Shown here: positions 7,840 through 11,372 of the stretch, in pieces | How positions within the stretch are numbered: position 1 is the first letter of the stretch | How the letters are laid out: each line of letters starts with the position of its first letter | NCBI GenBank assembly: GCA_040752695.1 | Contig: JBFMGO010000020.1 | Span: 1 to 11,372, forward strand | Length of the DNA: 11,372 nucleotides | Reading direction: 5' to 3' | DNA from: a bacterium | GTDB taxonomy: Bacteria > SZUA-182 > DTGQ01 | Made by a program: the position numbers and the translations under genes | The notes under the pieces: model-generated | Seen by the model: only the letters and a program-made list of their open reading frames with translations | Databases searched by the model: none | Told to the model about the DNA's origin: nothing

Positions 7840-9765
7840 TCATATCGCCTGCTTGTGCCTGGAATTCAACTCAAGGCAGGAATAATCAAAATCAACGAGT
7901 TCTGCTTCATATGCAGAAGTTGCCTTATCTTCCAGGTGGAGTTGGTAAAGCTCCCTGATCTTGGTATATTCCTTGGCTGCACCGGCAGCATCTCCCATTT
8001 TTTTCCTGATTAAAGCCAATTGATAATGTCCTTTCAGGTAGTAGGGCTCCAGCAGTACAGCTTCCGTCATGTACTCCAGGGCTTCCTTGAGCATTCCCTG
8101 AAGGTATTTAACCGAGGCCAAACGGCTATAGAGGCGGTAATCAAAAGGCGCCAGCCGCAGTGCTTCGAGAAACTCCTCCTCGGCATAGATCAGATAATTG
8201 GAATTTTTGAAAGTAGACCAGTAGAGATTATAGTACCCATCCCCCATGCTTCGGGGAAACTGGTAATCATTGGGATTGAGCTTCATAGCCATTTCAGCCT
8301 GCTCGACTCCTTTGAGCAACCAGATGACGTTAAGGGATTCTCCGTACTGAGCAAAATAGGCACCGCCCAGCGAGTCCCGGTATGCTGCGCATAAAGAGTC
8401 TATGGCCGCGGCTCTTTTGAGAAGATGAATGTTTTGAGTCACTTTCCGGCTGCGGTCCACCTTTTGAAAAAAATAGTAGCCAAGAAAGGGCCTCACACTG
8501 GCCATCACGTAACCGATGAGTATAAGGGCGATAGGTATTCTGTACACTTTCCGGCCAGCGAAGCAAAAGCTCTTGGCCGGAGCGCGCTCATCCAGGGTCC
8601 GGAAAAGTGCAGCCAGGATGGTCAGGAGCAAAGCTATTGCCGGGGAGTGCAGATCACAATTTAACAGGGCGAGAGTCAAAATAGCCAAGATCCCTGCCAG
8701 TAAAAAGATCTGGGTTCTTTTATTTTCTATGCTTAAAAACCGCTGGATCTGAACCTGGGATAAAGCATCATGAAAAAACCAGGCAATTGCGGCCAGAATC
8801 AGGAAGAGGCCAAACAGGCCGAATTCTGCGCCTGAATGCAGATATTCATTATGCGCGTAAACGGACTTATTGGCATATCGGGCCAGGGAACCTTCTACCG
8901 GCAGGGTGTAAGCCGTAGATATATATCGGTATTGTCCCAGGCCGATTCCTGTCTTCCAATAATCTTTGATAATAGCCAGGGCACTTCTCCAGGCAGACAA
9001 GCGGGCACACACATGGATATCATTTTCACCTGCTCTCAGGATTTTTCCTTTGAACGGGGTTGGTAAAATCACCAGGGCCAGTATCACCAGGAGAAGAGAG
9101 AGCACGATTTTCTTTTTTTGAAAAAGATAGAGGAGAAACAGACTGACGATAAACAGGGAAAAAATCGCTTCCCGCGATCCACTCAGGAAGATGCCGGCCA
9201 GAATGATCCCGTTGGCCAGATACCAGAGCGGATTGGTCCGGCGAAGGAGGAACTCCCCCAATGAAAGGGGAAAAACAGCCACTAAAAAACCGGCATAGAA
9301 GTTGGGGATAGGAAAAGTCCCCGTCACATGGCTCGTTTTCAAAAGGGCGTACTGGAAAAGACCGATCACTCCCTGCAGTACAGCCGACAGAATCAAAACG
9401 ATCACCGGGCCGCGGATGGTGGAGCGGCTAAAGTTAAACAGGACCAGGTAGTACGATGCAATGCACCCCAGAATCAGCAAAAGGCAATAGAGCGCATTAT
9501 GCTTATAGGATGCGAGGCTGAAGGAAATGAGGGCTATGATCAGGAAAAAGAATAAAAAAAGATCAAGCCTGGATGCGGGAGCTTTGGGATGCCTCGACCA
9601 ACTGGCCAGCCAGAAGGTCAGAAACGTAACCGCTATCATAAGCTCGATTATCATGATCGGCAGACTGGAGATACTGCCCCCTGAACCAAGGGGTGCAAAA
9701 GCCAGGAGGAGGAAAAACAGATACCGTGGCAGATTATATTTATCAACTTGAACCAAAAAGTACAT
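7840..9765 (-). CDS. O-antigen ligase family (Wzy_C) protein with C-terminal TPRs; candidate pilin O-oligosaccharyltransferase
   Basis: Many TM segments; GTFPIPNFYAGFL, LSGSR, RLSAWRSALAIIKDYWKTGIGLGQY and YAHNEYLHSGAEFG motifs; TPR repeats (LNPND, ALRLAPFD, AVLLEPYY); directly downstream of pilA. Confidence 0.8.
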   Translation of the reverse strand: MYFLVQVDKYNLPRYLFFLLLAFAPLGSGGSISSLPIMIIELMIAVTFLTFWLASWSRHPKAPASRLDLFLFFFLIIALISFSLASYKHNALYCLLLILGCIASYYLVLFNFSRSTIRGPVIVLILSAVLQGVIGLFQYALLKTSHVTGTFPIPNFYAGFLVAVFPLSLGEFLLRRTNPLWYLANGIILAGIFLSGSREAIFSLFIVSLFLLYLFQKKKIVLSLLLVILALVILPTPFKGKILRAGENDIHVCARLSAWRSALAIIKDYWKTGIGLGQYRYISTAYTLPVEGSLARYANKSVYAHNEYLHSGAEFGLFGLFLILAAIAWFFHDALSQVQIQRFLSIENKRTQIFLLAGILAILTLALLNCDLHSPAIALLLTILAALFRTLDERAPAKSFCFAGRKVYRIPIALILIGYVMASVRPFLGYYFFQKVDRSRKVTQNIHLLKRAAAIDSLCAAYRDSLGGAYFAQYGESLNVIWLLKGVEQAEMAMKLNPNDYQFPRSMGDGYYNLYWSTFKNSNYLIYAEEEFLEALRLAPFDYRLYSRLASVKYLQGMLKEALEYMTEAVLLEPYYLKGHYQLALIRKKMGDAAGAAKEYTKIRELYQLHLEDKATSAYEAELVDFDYSCLELNSRHKQAI

Positions 9766-9853
9766 GAGGAACCTTGAGCCTCTGGTAGTTTAACCTTGAT
9801 GTTTGAACCTTAATTAATGAAACCTTGCTACCCGATAGTGAAACTGTGCTCAT

Positions 9854-10121
9854 GGAATAAAAACCACCTGCCGGGGTTTTCCGGCAGGTGGTTTTGAGTG
9901 GTCAGGCTATGATGCTTTTCCGCTTTGCGGAGCAGGTGATTAATATTCATCGGCAGCGGGCGAGCCAATTTCACCAGTTTCATCGGTTGTGTATATCGCA
10001 TAGTTTCCATCTGCGTCCAGGTCTCCCCTCGCTGAAGCACTGAATGCCGTCGCAGTTGCACCATCGGCTACTGAATAAAGGTAATATACATTTCCGGAAG
10101 GAACGAAGCCGATCGTGGCAA
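9854..10121. repeat. Direct repeat, copy 1 (pilA 3' end plus terminator)
   Basis: 9864-10121 is base-for-base identical to 11115-11372 (258 bp, offset 1251). It is preceded by ggaat+A5 here versus ggaat+A8 in copy 2. Confidence 0.97.
9859..9895 (-). terminator. Intrinsic terminator after the complete pilA (U5 tail)
   Basis: 15-bp perfect inverted repeat aaaaccacctgccgg (9860-9874) / ccggcaggtggtttt (9881-9895) with a 6-nt loop, 44 nt past the pilA stop. Confidence 0.9.
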
Positions 10122-10413
10122 AGGTAGTCCCGGAAGTATTATCAACCCAGGCATGCTTGCTTGCATCAGGATCGCTGACATTCGATGGACATTCCCCAAT
10201 GTTTCCTAAGTAGAGGTCGTTTTCACTGCGGTAGGTTTCCTCACAGGTTCTGATCGATGCGAGGTTTGACTTGGCTTCCGATGTTTTGGCTTTCAGCCGG
10301 AGGTTTAAGAAGTTAGGAATGGCAACGGCTGACAGGATACCGATAATGGCTACGACGATCATGAGCTCGATCAGGGTAAAACCTTTTTGGCTTTTCAGGC
10401 TGCTGCTTAACAT
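9940..10413 (-). CDS. pilA: Type IVa major pilin
   Basis: Class III signal KG|FTLIELMIVVAIIGILSAVAIPNF with E5 and P22, 11-aa leader, 146-aa mature protein, SD AGGAGG (10421-10426), its own sigma54 promoter and terminator. Confidence 0.95.
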   Translation of the reverse strand: MLSSSLKSQKGFTLIELMIVVAIIGILSAVAIPNFLNLRLKAKTSEAKSNLASIRTCEETYRSENDLYLGNIGECPSNVSDPDASKHAWVDNTSGTTFATIGFVPSGNVYYLYSVADGATATAFSASARGDLDADGNYAIYTTDETGEIGSPAADEY

Positions 10414-10627
10414 GGTGATGCCTCCTCTTAAGTGGTTGAAAAGTTATAGTAAAAGAGTAATAGAAGGTCACACTCTCTTTTTTCCTCACTTGCACTTCCA
10501 TCATCTCCTGGAACCTTAGCCTTCGATAGCCAGCCGTTTTTTAATCCTTTTTTAAAATCCCCTCCTTTTGTCTAAATATCTCTTTTTTCTTGACGTTTCT
10601 TTCTCAGTGGTTACGGCATTATAGAAA

Positions 10628-10643
10628 AGCAAAAGCAATGCCA
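10628..10643 (-). promoter_or_regulatory. Sigma54 (-24/-12) promoter of pilA
   Basis: The minus strand reads TGGCATTGCTTTTGCT, with exact GG-N10-GC spacing. Sigma54/PilR control of pilA is established in Pseudomonas, Myxococcus and Geobacter. Confidence 0.85.
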
Positions 10644-10731
10644 TCATTATATTTCTATCTGAAAAACTTTATTTTCCCGTGTCTTATGACATAGATACGA
10701 CGAGAACTCGATGCATGTCACTGCCAAAGGA

Positions 10732-10860
10732 TAACAATTTTTGTCAAGCGCGATAAAAACAAAATGAGGCGGTCTGAAGGGTTGCACTCAACAACTGCTT
10801 GAAATAAAATGGCTAACTTACAATGACAAAAATGGAACGCTGGTTGACGAAAATTGTCAA
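10732..10860. promoter_or_regulatory. Candidate enhancer-binding-protein (PilR-like) sites, TGACA-N5-TGTCA type
   Basis: TAACA-ATTTT-TGTCA (10732-10746), TGACA-AAAAT-GGAAC (10824-10838) and TTGACG-AAAAT-TGTCAA (10844-10860), about 90-215 bp upstream of the sigma54 element. Confidence 0.65.
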
Positions 10861-10895
10861 TTACGGTCTCCCTGATGTGAGAGGGTACTCTCTAA

Positions 10896-10958
10896 GAGGC
10901 CATCCCAAAACCTCCGACGATAAACCAGTTACTCCAAATGGGGTTTTGGGATAGGTTC
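10896..10958. mobile_element. 63-bp MITE-like element with IS5-family (IS1031-group-like) ends
   Basis: Terminal IRs GAGGCCATCCCAAAACC and (reverse complement) GAACCTATCCCAAAACC match at 14/17, with the inner 11 perfect. Flanked by TAA at 10893-10895 and 10959-10961. Confidence 0.65.
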
Positions 10959-11106
10959 TAAACCTGACCTCTTCCTCTCTGTGATCCTTGTACACTCCAG
11001 CACAGGGGGAAAAAGGTGGGTATCATACATGAGGTGGGCATCACAAGTGGGAGAGGCTAAAAGATATAGATTCCGTACTTCAATGCATTCTGGATTAAAA
11101 CGGAAT

Positions 11107-11146
11107 AAAAAAAACCACCTGCCGGGGTTTTCCGGCAGGTGGTTTT
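11107..11146 (-). terminator. Intrinsic terminator after the second pilA copy (U8 tail)
   Basis: Same 15-bp inverted repeat (11111-11125 / 11132-11146). The A8 tract at 11107-11114 gives U8 on the minus transcript. Confidence 0.9.
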
Positions 11147-11190
11147 GAGTGGTCAGGCTATGATGCTTTTCCGCTTTGCGGAGCAGGTGA

Positions 11191-11372
11191 TTAATATTCA
11201 TCGGCAGCGGGCGAGCCAATTTCACCAGTTTCATCGGTTGTGTATATCGCATAGTTTCCATCTGCGTCCAGGTCTCCCCTCGCTGAAGCACTGAATGCCG
11301 TCGCAGTTGCACCATCGGCTACTGAATAAAGGTAATATACATTTCCGGAAGGAACGAAGCCGATCGTGGCAA
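11191..11372 (-). CDS. pilA: 3' part of a second type IVa pilin copy (5' end outside the window; intact gene or silent cassette unknown)
   Basis: Encodes ...ATIGFVPSGNVYYLYSVADGATATAFSASARGDLDADGNYAIYTTDETGEIGSPAADEY*, identical at DNA level to the 9940-10121 segment. Absent from the ORF track because it has no start in the window. Confidence 0.85.
   Translation of the reverse strand, partial: ATIGFVPSGNVYYLYSVADGATATAFSASARGDLDADGNYAIYTTDETGEIGSPAADEY

Larger units (their letters stand above)
11102..11372. repeat. Direct repeat, copy 2 (pilA 3' end plus terminator), runs off the window
   Basis: 11115-11372 is identical to 9864-10121. Confidence 0.97.

Noticed and set aside
10004..10030. 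Pilin GDLDADG as a dockerin binding the nearby cohesins
   Set aside because: It is a single loop, without the duplicated loop-helix organisation of dockerins, and similar motifs occur in other pilins.
10929..11315. 128-aa ORF (and its twin at 9828-10064) as real genes
   Set aside because: Both are alternative frames of the pilin 3' end that run through the terminator hairpin. Their shared sequence simply reflects the DNA duplication.
9864..11372. Diversity-generating retroelement TR/VR pair
   Set aside because: The copies are identical, with no adenine-specific mismatches, and no reverse transcriptase is in the window.
1..11372. CRISPR array, tRNA/rRNA, transposase or integrase
   Set aside because: No regularly spaced repeat-spacer pattern, recognisable structural RNA or recombinase ORF was seen.

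Overview
Bacterial window with two convergent blocks. On the + strand is one 1405-aa P-loop ATPase resembling DUF6079/BrxC (BREX-type ATPase), with no other BREX gene visible. It sits behind a ~620-bp AT-rich divergent region and carries several in-frame repeat or palindrome insertions. On the - strand is a type IVa pilin locus. Reading downstream it contains the 3' end of one pilA copy (cut by the window edge), a 63-bp IS1031-like MITE candidate, enhancer-like TGACA-N5-TGTCA sites, a sigma54 promoter and a complete pilA. Next come a Wzy_C/TPR O-antigen-ligase-family protein (candidate pilin O-oligosaccharyltransferase), a PilG/XapA-like TPR membrane protein and a two-cohesin lipoprotein. The most striking DNA-level feature is a perfect 258-bp duplication of the pilin 3' end plus terminator, whose copies differ only in U-tract length (5 vs 8). 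All family assignments come from motif recognition, not database searches.
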